From: Fimbriosthenelais zetlandica
Lineage: Eukaryota
Assembly: GCA_977030845.1 (NCBI GenBank)
Contig: OZ365111.1
Location: forward strand, 19,592,001-19,656,000
DNA length: 64,000 nucleotides
Direction: 5' to 3'
The notes under the pieces were generated by a model. It was not told the origin of the DNA, did not search any database, and worked only from the letters and a program-made list of their open reading frames with translations. Position numbers and translations under genes: made by a program. Each line of letters begins with the position of its first letter. The stretch's first letter is position 1. Positions 13,909 to 25,359 of the stretch are shown here, in pieces.

Positions 13909-14625
13909 CCCTTTCCTGCCGAGCCCTATAGATGTTACTGTTCCCTCAATACGGGGACCCTGAAATAGCCCTCAAAATAGCCATTTGATCACTTTTTGAC
14001 ACTTCAGATGAATATTTCAATTTATTCTTTGCTTTATACTTTCTATACCAGAATTATCAGCATGTTCTTCTGAGTCCAAACATGTAACCATTATGTCAGT
14101 GGCCCAATTATGGAAAAAGTTACAATGATTTGAATATAGGAGAATTTCAGAAAATCGCATTAAATAAAGATCCATTTTATTTAATTATTTAAGGCAAAAA
14201 ATGAAAAAAAAGAAAAAAAAAATTTAAAAAAACATAAAATTGCCCCCTACATCATTTTTGGCCCTGAATTCAGTGAACTACTTTTTTCAGAAAAAAAATC
14301 ATTTTGTAAGTGGCCATTTTAGTTTCCATGGTAACCGATTTGGGGGCAAAAATGGAATAAGTCACAATTCTGCCGTTGCCATGGCAACAGAAACACTCGG
14401 AATATTCATTTTAAATAATTCTTACCCAGACCTGATTCTCAGCTTCTGAATAAAGTTTACATGATAAAAATCGGATAGGAAATAGAAAAATAATGAATAA
14501 TAACATTCCCATTATTATTTTTATGAAAAACTTCATTTTTCAGTTTCTTTCAGTATTTTGATCTTGTTAAAATGTCACAAGCTAAATGTTTGGAGATTTC
14601 TCAAGAAAGGAAGCTAAAAAATGGG
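13909..14625. mobile_element. Possible non-autonomous piggyBac-like element (TTAA|CCC ... GGG|TTAA)
   Basis: TTAA at 13905-13908 followed by CCCTTT; GGG followed by TTAA at 14626-14629. TIR similarity beyond CCC is poor. Confidence 0.3.
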
Positions 14626-14711
14626 TTAAGTGATGAGGAACAGCCAGAAAAATCCGATTGTGCAGTCGATCATTGTTAGTCAGCAACAAAAAGCTTAAAA
14701 GAGAAAACATA

Positions 14712-15660
14712 GATCCAGAGGGGGTTCGATCCCAGGACCTTTGGCTTTCAAAGCCTAGAGCCTACCATCTGAGCTATCAAGGCTTATATACTGGATCCGT
14801 TTCCCTATACAAGCTAAAACTGGCTGAGTGGCGCCCATTGCCATCTGCTGCTTTGCCATCTGCTGCCATTCCATCTGCTGCTGCTCCATCTGCTGCCGTT
14901 GCATCTGCTTCCGAGGCTTCTGGTGGCGCTGCATCTGCTGCCGAGGCAAAACGTTTATTAAATTATGGGGAATAAATAGTCGGAAAACCAGTTTTTGGAC
15001 TTGATAATCATTAATAAAAATTCTTTAGGGAATGGTGGGTGATTTGAGGCTGCACTGGAGACGTATTACTTTTTGTTTGCAGAATAAGGCGCCAAAAGCA
15101 AAAAAGCATTCTCCCAAAGGGGATTCGAAAACAGAACCCCTGGATTTGAAACCCAAGACTCTACCATCTGAGCTATGATGGATCATATTAACTATCAACT
15201 ACAACCAGTTCTGTTAACCCCGTTATTGCAGTCTGGCTGGCGAATGTGGCATCCGAGGATTAAGCGATGAAAACCCTCTCTGGTGCTGTCATCTGCCTTC
15301 TTTTAATTGAAATTAATTGTGGGGAGATTTTACTTCATGTCTCAAGCAGAAGGTGGCAGCCTTTTAGGATCCATCTGCTGCTCCTACGTCTGTTGGCGGT
15401 GCATCTGCTGCCGAGGCTTCTGCTGCCGCTGTGTCTGCTGCTGAGGCAATACGTTCGTTAAATTATGGGGAATAAATAGTCAGAAAACCAGTTTTTGAAC
15501 TTCATAACCATTAATAAAATGTCTTTAGGGAATGGGTGTGATTTGAGGGTGCACTGGAGACAGGTAACTTGTTGTTTGCAGAATAAGGAGCCAAAAGCGA
15601 AAACAGAACCCCTGGATTTGAAATCCAACACTCTACCATCTGAGCTATGACGGATTACCT
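14712..15660 (-). mobile_element. Three tandem tRNA-derived (SINE-like) units with a shared body and GCAGATG-rich simple-repeat tails
   Basis: Minus-strand heads with A-box TAGCTCAGATGG at about 14783-14712, 15180-15115 and 15655-15600; B-box-like TTCGAATCCC in copy 2; about 250-bp direct repeat 14930-15180 versus 15410-15655; (CCATCTGCTG)-like arrays at 14825-14945 and 15370-15445. Acceptor stems do not pair, so these are not functional tRNAs. Confidence 0.6.
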
Positions 15661-15733
15661 AGACTATTACAATCCCCACACCCGACCACCACTCCGCCCC
15701 ATGTAAAATTTATGGGAAAAGGGTGAAGAAGAG

Positions 15734-15813
15734 AAACCGATTGGCTAATCGATAGGCTATAAGGTGGGGATAGGGCCCCGTGCACTTATATAGGCCTATA
15801 GGTTTGATACTAC
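15734..15813 (+). repeat. About 80-bp direct repeat, copy 1 (copy 2 at 17084-17162)
   Basis: ttggctaatcgat(a/c)ggctataaggt(g/a)gggatagggccccgtgcacttata..ggcctataggtttg present at both sites with few differences. Confidence 0.85.
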
Positions 15814-15815
15814 AA

Positions 15816-15876
15816 TAGCCTGATCTCGAGCCCCAATTCGCTCCCTGCAGGAAGGCGAGGCTTGTCATACAGGCTA
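15816..15876. mobile_element. 61-bp mini element with TAGCCTG...CAGGCTA inverted termini
   Basis: tagcctgatctcgagcc...ggcttgtcatacaggcta; only 7-bp inverted termini. Confidence 0.35.
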
Positions 15877-17083
15877 TGCTGGCTTGCGTTCACGTTTTCG
15901 CCGCTAGGGCATCTCGGGTCGCCACTGGCGCTCGGGCGCCTCCTTCCATTGACTCCAATGCTATTTGAAGAAATTCAGTCCATTTTGAAAATCCGAAGTT
16001 TTAAATGAATTTTATTGGAACAAAAACCACGTAGACATCTGAAGAGTCTCCCAACTAAGAATACTCCGTTTAATTTGTAATTTTAGACCCATTATTTACG
16101 AAGTTATTCAACTTTTTCGACTTTTAGTGAGAGGGCGCTGTTTAGGTTTTTAAAAGGCCAAATTATAGGCCTGTATACGCTCGGCCGATTTGACAACTTC
16201 GCAGCAATCGGTGTTATCTTCGTTATACATCTGCACTCTTTTGATATTTATCATTAGGGTTCATAAGTTATATATAATCGTGGAGTTCAGCTAAAATAAT
16301 ATGTATTAGGTAGAGAAAAAGCCGATTTAAGTGGACTGGCAAACCGGCTCTGTAGCACACATCCATGTAATCGTGAGTGATTTTTAACATTGCGCCTATG
16401 GGTGATGCACTTTTGATGAATTCAAGGAATTTAGACATGTTAGAAGCATAGCATCGGGCTGGATTTTTAGGAGAATGTTGGGGTGGGTGCCAGGGACAGA
16501 CATGGCTGGGGGGATCGAGCTTGGGGGCCAAATATTTTTAACATTGGAGCCTATGGGCAGTACCTACGCAGTGGGCTATTCCAAGGGATTTTGATGTTAG
16601 CCTTTTACTTAGAATCGGGCTGGCGTTTTGGAGGGAGTTGATGGTAGTGCTTGGGGTAGACATATGGATTTGGGTGGAGGCTGGGGACCGGGAAGGGGTC
16701 CGGGTGTCAAAAAATTACTAGCCTATACACATTGTGATTCAGCCTTGTTCTGGGCGGTTATGGCTAAATTTAAAGTTGCGTGGTGTAGTGCGCCCGGTAG
16801 TCTAGGTAAGACACTGACCGTCAATCAATTATGGGGGCCATAATTAGACCCATTTTTTCCATGGTAGCCGATATTTAGGCTCAAAATATTTCGGATTTAA
16901 AGGTCTTTATTTAAATACATATGTATTAACCTTTTAAACCCTGGCCCAATAGGCCGGTGGTTAGCACCCAAATTTGCTGGGGCACAATTAGTGAAAAGGC
17001 ATCGGACAGATTTGGGGTCTAATTTGCTATAGGCAGAATTAGTGAAAAGGCATCGGACAGATTTGGGGACTGGATCCGGGCCT

Positions 17084-17162
17084 AAACCAGTTGGCTAATC
17101 GATCGGCTATAAGGTAGGGATAGGGCCCCGTGCACTTATAGGCCTATAGGTTTGTTACTACA
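17084..17162 (+). repeat. About 80-bp direct repeat, copy 2
   Basis: See copy 1 at 15734-15813. Confidence 0.85.
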
Positions 17163-19180
17163 TAAAAAAAACTGTAGGCCTACCTATAGTCGGGACTTCT
17201 CCATGGGACTATAATTATGGCATTTGAATGTAAGACAAGTAAATGTTTTTCTTTAAATTTAATTTAAAAATTCCGATTATCCATTTTTTCAGAAAACTCA
17301 GGAGAACAAAAATGTTGACGCCAAGGTTATAATAAAGATTATTTCAGAGTTCGTATAGTTATAGCTATATTCCTATCATGAGGGTCACTTGGAAAAAAAA
17401 AATTACGTTGCCACAAATATGCCACAATTAGACTATAATATAACTGATTGTCTGGTATATCTAGAATCTGATGATTAATCAAGTCGGCAAACAATTCAAA
17501 TGTGGACTATTGTCAGCACGCCTACAAAGGAATCCGTGAAGGTGCGTGTTTTATGGAGACCAATTAAGATTTATGCTCTGAACCTTATATTATCTTGGGT
17601 GTCTTTTATCATATCTAGCCCAACATAAAGTATCTCGTTTTGGCAAACAATACTTAACATACCCGAGCCTATATATCCACTTGATATATGGCCATGATAT
17701 CATACCTTAATCATGAAGAAGCTTTCCGTGAAAGTGGATCCGTGTGGTACTATTTTAATTATTTTCTACTGACGTCGAGTATGACGTTTGTATAAGATCA
17801 AAAGCAAAACAACACATTCTGTAAAGGTTTATGTGACGCATTAATAATAATAATTAAAAGAAATATTTTTAAAAACATGCTGCATTCATGCTGTGATTGA
17901 ACACTTTAAAACACCCCCAGAGCCGTATGACCACTTAATAAATTGGTTATTGTTCTTTCATATCAAATCAATGAGTCGACAGCTAGGTTATAGGCTCGAT
18001 ATTCAACTTTACATTAAGCGCCTCGTGATGCCCTAAACCACCCCAGCCCCTTTCAGAGATGGATTATTGTCACTGAAATGGGGTTTTGGGACGCATTGCT
18101 TTACACTATACCCACCTAACCGTTTTAAAATTGATTTACAGATATTTTTGGTCAAACAAATATTACGTTTAAGGGTAAATGCTTGATGCCACACACACCC
18201 GGACCATTTCCCAGATCCTCAGTATGTCTTTGATTGACATAATTTTTTAAGAATAAGAATTTATTTTTTTTTAAACCACACACGTCATCAGAAAACCAAA
18301 GACGCTACATGTATATGCCCTAATCTTCAGGCCAAAGACGGATCATCAATGACGAACTTTTTAGACAAACGTACTACAGGATTCTATTGAAGTAGTTTTT
18401 CTCACATACAAACATTACAGAAATCTCAGTATCGATAATCATAAGTAGACATTGAGAGTCCTTAAATATTTGATTTACAAGATCTCATACATTATGATCT
18501 GACGAACGTAATGAGTAGTAGTTGGAAAGATAAGGATTACAAGCGTCAAGTGTAGGGTTGGACCATGAAGATAATACTCAAGAATATATCAATGTGATAA
18601 GATGGAACTACATGCATCTTTAATTAGTTTTAGAAAAGAATCAAAACTTTTGTGAAGAAAGTAAAAGAACAATCAACACTTTATTAATGTGTTTAAGTGG
18701 GGTTATGAGGGGGGACGTCCTATTATTCCTTTTCATGGCTTGAAGTGTATTGGTTTGAAACGACAGTTAAGCACAATTAGCATTATTGAGCCAATGCCAA
18801 GGGTTTAAGTGAAACAGCATGGAGTGAAAGTAGGGACAAATCAGGGAATTTGTTTTTTAGTTTTCTTGAGCTTTTAGAAATTTTAGAAAGACTACCGTGA
18901 AGGGAACATTCAGAATAAGACAAGGTGAAATAAAATCAGAAGTCTATACTAACTTTAGGCCTACCTCCCCTCCCTTTTTATAATCAGTAAGATTAGAGAG
19001 GGGAAGGAAAATAAGAGAAAAGGGATGAGCTGGAAAGTAGACCCAAGCACTTACGTACGATGTTACTGATAGCAATTCAGTATCAAAGAGTAAATACTGG
19101 TTATGATAGATCTGATTAGAGAATCTTGGTGAGGTCAAACCCTTGACAATTATGACGACAGACTGGGTCCTGAGACAAGG

Positions 19181-19186
19181 TATAAA
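19181..19186 (+). promoter_or_regulatory. TATA box upstream of the chitin-binding mucin gene
   Basis: TATAAA 95 nt upstream of the ATG at 19276. Confidence 0.45.
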
Positions 19187-19275
19187 TGAGAAGCCAGTCC
19201 TAGGGAGGTTTCAAAGGACAACTAGGTGGGGAAAAGTGGAAATCGGACACTCTTGGTCTTGGTCTTTTCAACATC

Positions 19276-22200
19276 ATGGAAGCTTGTAAGCTGCTGTGCG
19301 TCTTTCTCATTGCTGTCGTCTTTGAAAGTGTCCAGGGTAAGTACCACTTTCATAATATTCAAAAGACAAAACCTGATCACATCCACGCACTTCAACTTCA
19401 ACAATATTTCTCCATAAAGTATTATTGAGAATCACAACTATATTGAGTTGTCGCAATTGGTTTGGATCATATCTGGGAAACAATTCTATATACCATAAAC
19501 ATTTAATTTTTAGCAAATGTTACACATTTTTGTACGAAACCGTTTCTATAGAGAGAAAAAATTGATGCCTGGGTGGGGGCTAATTTTAAATAAAATCCTA
19601 AATCTGCCCCTGCACCAAAGTGCTCGACTGTTACTCTAATCTTGGTAAATGTATACATATAGATTATACGTTAGTTCCTTAGTTCTTTATTTTACATTAA
19701 ATAGTTTTTTCTTTCCTCGGTTTGTTAGTTCCTCAGTTCTTTTTCAATTCACTTTAAAAACAAAAAGGGGAGGGGAATCACTCCATTATTGTAACTTTAA
19801 AGTTAACAAATAAATACACTACCTCCCGAGTCAGCACCCTATTTCAGAAGAGCTTTGCGGGGAGTTTTGTCGGTCAAATAATTAAGTTGGGGGATACAAG
19901 GGCCACTCCATCCCATTTCAGAGCTAGGGTTATACCACGTAGTGATATCCCTATGTACTGTTTGGTACAAAAGCCTGGAACCAATCCTATACTTCCTATA
20001 CTCATTCCATCCCTCCACCAGTGCGACTTCTTCATATTATTTCACCTCTGATACTGATACTCCAGTTATCATAGGGTAAAACATCAGCATTGTGCCGAAC
20101 AAGGCGTTGTTCCGTATTAAACATTTTATCAGAATAACTTTGTACCTTAATAGACATGGCTAGTGTTTCTATTAAAACTTTAAAATGTTTAGTTACGACA
20201 ATAATTAGGCTGGTGACCAAGTCAATATTTAATGTTGTCTGCATAACTTTTTATGCTTCAGGTGCACCTGTGAGTACAAGATGTGTCGATTCATGCCGAG
20301 GTGTTGCTGATGGAGACTACCAGTCTTGCAAGGGGTGCAATGTCTATGCCAGCTGCTCTAATGGGATCCTATATGATGAGAGACCATGTGCCGAGGACAA
20401 TCTTTTCTGGGACGACATATCTAAGAGATGTGAATGGACATCTAGAACATGCGGTGGTGCTCCAGGACATACAACCAACAATCCAACTGTAATACCAGGG
20501 CAATGCGTGTCTGACTGCAGTGGTATGGCTAACGGTGACTACCAGTCATGTATAAGTTGCTATGTCTTTATGACCTGTTCCAATGGTATCAATCACGACA
20601 ACAGACCATGTCCTGACGATCTTGTCTGGGATGATACAGTCAAGCGATGTGAATGGAAATCCGAAACTTGTGGCACTGAGGGATCTAAAACTACAAAAGC
20701 ACCACCACCACCGACTCACCCACCTGGAATTTGTGTAAGCAACTGCAAGGGTATGGCTAATGGAGACTACCAGTCTTGCAAGGGGTGCAATGTCTATGCC
20801 AGCTGCTCTAATGGGATCCTATATGATGAGAGACCATGTGCTGAGGCCAATCTTTTCTGGGACGACATATCCAAGACTTGTGAATGGACATCTAGAACAT
20901 GCAGTGGCCCAGAACCTACACCCACAAAAGCACCACCAACATCTACAACCACAAAAGCACCACCACCACCGACTCACCCACCTGGAGTATGTGTAAGCAA
21001 CTGCAAGGGTATGGCTAATGGAGACTACCAGTCTTGCAAGGGGTGCAATGTCTATGCCAGCTGCTCTAATGGGATCCTATATGATGAGAGACCATGTGCT
21101 GAGGCCTATCTTTTCTGGGACGACATATCCAAGACTTGTGAATGGACATCTAGAACATGCAGTGGCCCAGAACCTACACCCACAAAAGCACCACCACCAT
21201 CTACAACCACAAAAGCACCACCACCACCGACTCACCCACCTGGAGTATGTGTAAGCAACTGCAAGGGTATGGCTAATGGAGACTACCAGTCTTGCAAGGG
21301 GTGCAATGTCTATGCCAGCTGCTCTAATGGGATCCTATATGATGAGAGACCATGTGCTGAGGCCTATCTTTTCTGGGACGACATATCCAAGACTTGTGAA
21401 TGGACATCTAGAACATGCAGTGGCCCAGAACCTACACCCACAAAAGCACCACCACCATCTACAACCACAAAAGCACCACCACCACCGACTCACCCACCTG
21501 GAGTATGTGTAAGCAACTGCAAGGGTATGGCTAATGGAGACTACCAGTCTTGCAAGGGGTGCAATGTCTATGCCAGCTGCTCTAATGGGATCCTATATGA
21601 TGAGAGACCATGTGCTGAGGCCTATCTTTTCTGGGACGACATATCCAAGACTTGTGAATGGACATCTAGAACATGCAGTGGCCCAGTACCCACAAACGCA
21701 CCACCACCGACTCACAAGCCTGGAGATTGTGTAAGCGACTGCAAGGATATGGCTAATGGAGACTACCAATCGTGCAAGGGGTGCCATGTCTATATGACCT
21801 GTTCCAATGGTATCAATCACGACAATAGACCATGTCCTGCCGATCTTGTCTGGGATGATAATGTTAAGCGATGTGAATGGGAATCAACAACTTGTGACAT
21901 ACCTACAACCACGATAGCACCAACACCATCTACAACCACAAAAACACCACCACCACCAACTCACAAGCCTGGAGATTGTGTAAGCGACTGCAAGGATATG
22001 GCTAATGGAGACTACCAATCGTGCAAGGGGTGCCATGTCTATATGACCTGTTCCAATGGTATCAATCACGACAATAGACCATGTCCTGCCGATCTTGTCT
22101 GGGATGATAATGTCAAGCGATGTGAATGGGAATCAACAACTTGTGACATACCTACAACCACGATAGCACCAACACCATCTACAACCACAAAAACACCACC

Positions 22201-24574
22201 ACCACCGACTCACAAGCCTGGAGATTGTGTAAGCGACTGCAAGGATATGGCTAATGGAGACTACCAATCGTGCAAGGGGTGCCATGTCTATATGACCTGT
22301 TCCAATGGTATCAATCACGACAATAGACCATGTCCTGCCGATCTTGTCTGGGATGATAATGTCAAGCGATGTGAATGGGAATCAACAACTTGTGACATAC
22401 CTACAACCACGATAGCACCAACACCATCTACAACCACAAAAACACCACCACCACCGACTCACAAGCCTGGAGATTGTGTAAGCGACTGCAAGGATATGGC
22501 TAATGGAGACTACCAATCGTGCAAGGGGTGCCATGTCTATATGACCTGTTCCAATGGTATCAATCACGACAATAGACCATGTCCTGCCGATCTTGTCTGG
22601 GATGATAATGTCAAGCGATGTGAATGGGAATCAACAACTTGTGACATACCTACAACCACGATAGCACCAACACCATCTACAACCACAAAAACACCACCAC
22701 CACCAACTCACAAGCCTGGAGATTGTGTAAGCGACTGCAAGGATATGGCTAATGGAGACTACCAATCGTGCAAGGGGTGTCATGTCTATATGACCTGTTC
22801 CAATGGTATCAATCACGACAATAGACCATGTCCTGCCGATCTTGTCTGGGATGATAATGTCAAGCGATGTGAATGGGAATCAACAACTTGTGACATACCT
22901 ACAACCACGATAGCACCAACACCATCTACAACCACAAAAACACCACCACCACCGACTCACAAGCCTGGAGATTGTGTAAGCGACTGCAAGGATATGGCTA
23001 ATGGAGACTACCAATCGTGCAAAGGGTGCCATGTCTATATGACCTGTTCCAATGGTATCAATCACGACAATAGACCATGTCCTGCCGATCTTGTCTGGGA
23101 TGATAATGTCAAGCGATGTGAATGGGAATCAACAACTTGTGACATACCTACAACCACGATAGCACCAACACCATCTACAACCACAAAACCACCACCACCA
23201 CCAACTCACAAGCCTGGAGAATGTGTGTGTTACTGCAAGGATATGGCTGATGGAAACTACCAGTCATGCAAAGGATGCAATGTCTTTATGACCTGTTCCA
23301 ATGGTATCGATCACGACAATAGACCATGCCCTGCCGGACTTGTTTGGGATGATAATGTCAAGCGATGTGAATGGGTATCAACAACTTGTGACATAACTAC
23401 AACCACGATAGCACCAACACCATCTACAACCACAAACGCACCACCACCACCGACTCACAAGCCTGGAGATTGTGTAAGCGACTGCAAGGGTATGGCTAAT
23501 GGAGACTACCAGTCTTGCAAGGGGTGCAATGTCTATATGACCTGTTCCAATGGTATCAATCACGACAATAGACCATGCCCTGCCGGACTTGTTTGGGATG
23601 ATAATGTCAAGCGATGTGAATGGGTATCAACAACTTGTGACATAACTACAACCACGATAGCACCAACACCATCTACAACCACAAACGCACCACCACCACC
23701 GACTCACAAGCCTGGAGATTGTGTAAGCGACTGCAAGGGTATGGCTAATGGAGACTACCAGTCTTGCAAGGGGTGCAATGTCTATATGACCTGTTCCAAT
23801 GGTATCAATCACGACAATAGACCATGTCCTGCCGATCTTGTCTGGGATGATAATGTCAAGCGATGTGAATGGGTATCAACAACTTGTGACAAACCTACAA
23901 CCACGATAGCACCAACACCATCTACAACCACAAAAACACCACCACCACCGACTCACAAGCCTGGAGATTGTGTAAGCGACTGCAAGGGTATGGCTAATGG
24001 AGACTACCAGTCTTGCAAGGGGTGCCATGTCTATATGACCTGTTCCAATGGTATCAATCACGACAATAGACCATGTCCTGCCGATCTTGTCTGGGATGAT
24101 AATGTCAAGCGATGTGAATGGGAATCAACAACTTGCACAGATAAGTCAACTCCAACACCAAGTCCAACCCCTCCCGTGGGTTGTGCTGCGTCCTGCAAAG
24201 GTAAACCAGATGGAGATTATCAATCTTGTAGCGGCTGCAGGGTTTATGCTACATGCACCAATGGCTTACTGATTGACAACAGGCCTTGTCCCGATGGCCT
24301 CTATTGGGATGACAACAAAAAGCAGTGCGACTGGCATTCCGATACCTGTGACTATTGTGATGATGAGAAGCCAGTCGAACCACCAGCAGACTGCCTCAGC
24401 TCGTGCGTGGGGATGGCAGATGGCGACTATCAGTCATGTGAGGGTTGCACGGTCTATGCTTCCTGTACGAATGGTAACCTCATAGATAAGAGACCGTGTC
24501 CAAAGCACCTTTTCTGGGATGACAAAGTCAAACGCTGTGAATGGGTCTCAAGCACCTGCTCCGTTAACATTTAA
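19276..24574 (+). CDS. Secreted peritrophin/mucin-like protein with 18 chitin-binding type-2 (peritrophin-A-like, 8-Cys variant) domains and Pro/Thr-rich linkers; exons 19276-19336 and 20262-24574
   Basis: Exon 1 encodes signal peptide MEACKLLCVFLIAVVFESVQG with phase-1 donor G|GTAAGT; acceptor ttatgcttcag|GT at 20262 restores the 20156..24574 frame. Repeated C-x3-C-x10-C-x2-C-x5-C-x10-C-x12/13-C-x6-C units with G..W/F-D aromatic motifs, separated by TTTKAPPPPTH-type linkers. Confidence 0.9.
20690..21700 (+). repeat. Coding tandem array A: 4 near-identical 258-bp units
   Basis: Shadow ORFs recur at 20760, 21018, 21276 and 21534 (period 258); sequences almost identical. Confidence 0.95.
21715..24135 (+). 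repeat. Coding tandem array B: 10 highly similar 249-bp units
   Basis: Domain starts near 21729, 21977, 22226, 22475, 22724, 22973, 23222, 23471, 23720 and 23969 (period about 249). Confidence 0.95.
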
Positions 24575-25359
24575 CTTCTAAAAACAAAGGTGAGTTAATA
24601 TCATAAATATCAGATATGTGTAATTATGAATTCTAAGAAATACCAAAAGATAATATCGATTGCATAGGATTGTACAGTAAATCTTTCTTGCATTTATTTT
24701 GAACACATATGACGTTGACTAAAAGCTTCTTATTCTGCTTAAAATTAGATTTCTTAATTAAAGATAGACACATTTTTATTTTTATAGGAAAACAGTGGTC
24801 AAATGGGATAACGCTGAATGCGCCATGCATCAAGAAGGAAAGCTGATCTCAAGACATGCAGATTGAACGAGAGAAAACATGTACTACACACTGCCGAGTG
24901 AAAGACCTTGGGGAGAAGATGCTAAATAAAAACGAGTATTCTTTAGCAGATGCATGTAAAACCCCACTTGCACTAAAATTCCCACCTTTTATATGGAATA
25001 AGAAATATTATAAGCCCGAAATGGGGACAGAATTATTATACATGTAATGAAATAATCATTTATATTAACCATAACTGCTTTGCTTATAATAATTAATTGG
25101 AGTACCATGTGTCTATGAAATTATTACGTTAACAAAACGCCATTATTTCATGCAATGTTATTTGAAACTAGGAAATTAAAGTAAGACAAAGGCAGACAAT
25201 GTGCTTGCTTTTTTTCTATCAAACTGCCAGCCAAGTAATTCACATGGAAATCAAGAACTGCTGTTTGAAAGTCATTTTAATAAATATATTCACATTTCAT
25301 AGTATATATAATTTCAATAATTTTAATACATTTACATGCGATTAATCATTGTTTTTCAT

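Noticed and set aside
14375-14388. Perfect RFX X-box palindrome GTTGCCATGGCAAC
   Set aside because: Embedded in repeat-derived DNA with related CCATGGTA(A/G)C motifs at about 14326 and 16860, and far from any TSS.
14658-15461. Ala-rich and Gln-rich ORFs (14658..14975, 14755..14949, 15267..15461)
   Set aside because: Translations of the CCATCTGCTG-type simple repeat; no gene structure.
14712-15655. Possible functional tRNA-Sec or opal suppressor genes
   Set aside because: Acceptor stems do not pair, T-arms are degenerate, and the long Sec variable arm is absent; treated as SINE-like heads.
20156-20261. ORF-track start MASVSIKTLK of the 1472-aa ORF
   Set aside because: Lies in the intron upstream of the acceptor at 20261; the real signal-peptide exon is 19276-19336.
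20690-24135. Regular repeats superficially like a CRISPR array
   Set aside because: Units are 249-258 bp, fully in frame and coding, with no unique spacers; the context is eukaryotic.
20283-24485. Series of short repeated ORFs (METTSLARG..., MIDTIGTGH...) on both strands
   Set aside because: Alternative-frame and antisense shadows of the tandem chitin-binding exon; their periodicity equals the 258/249-bp units.
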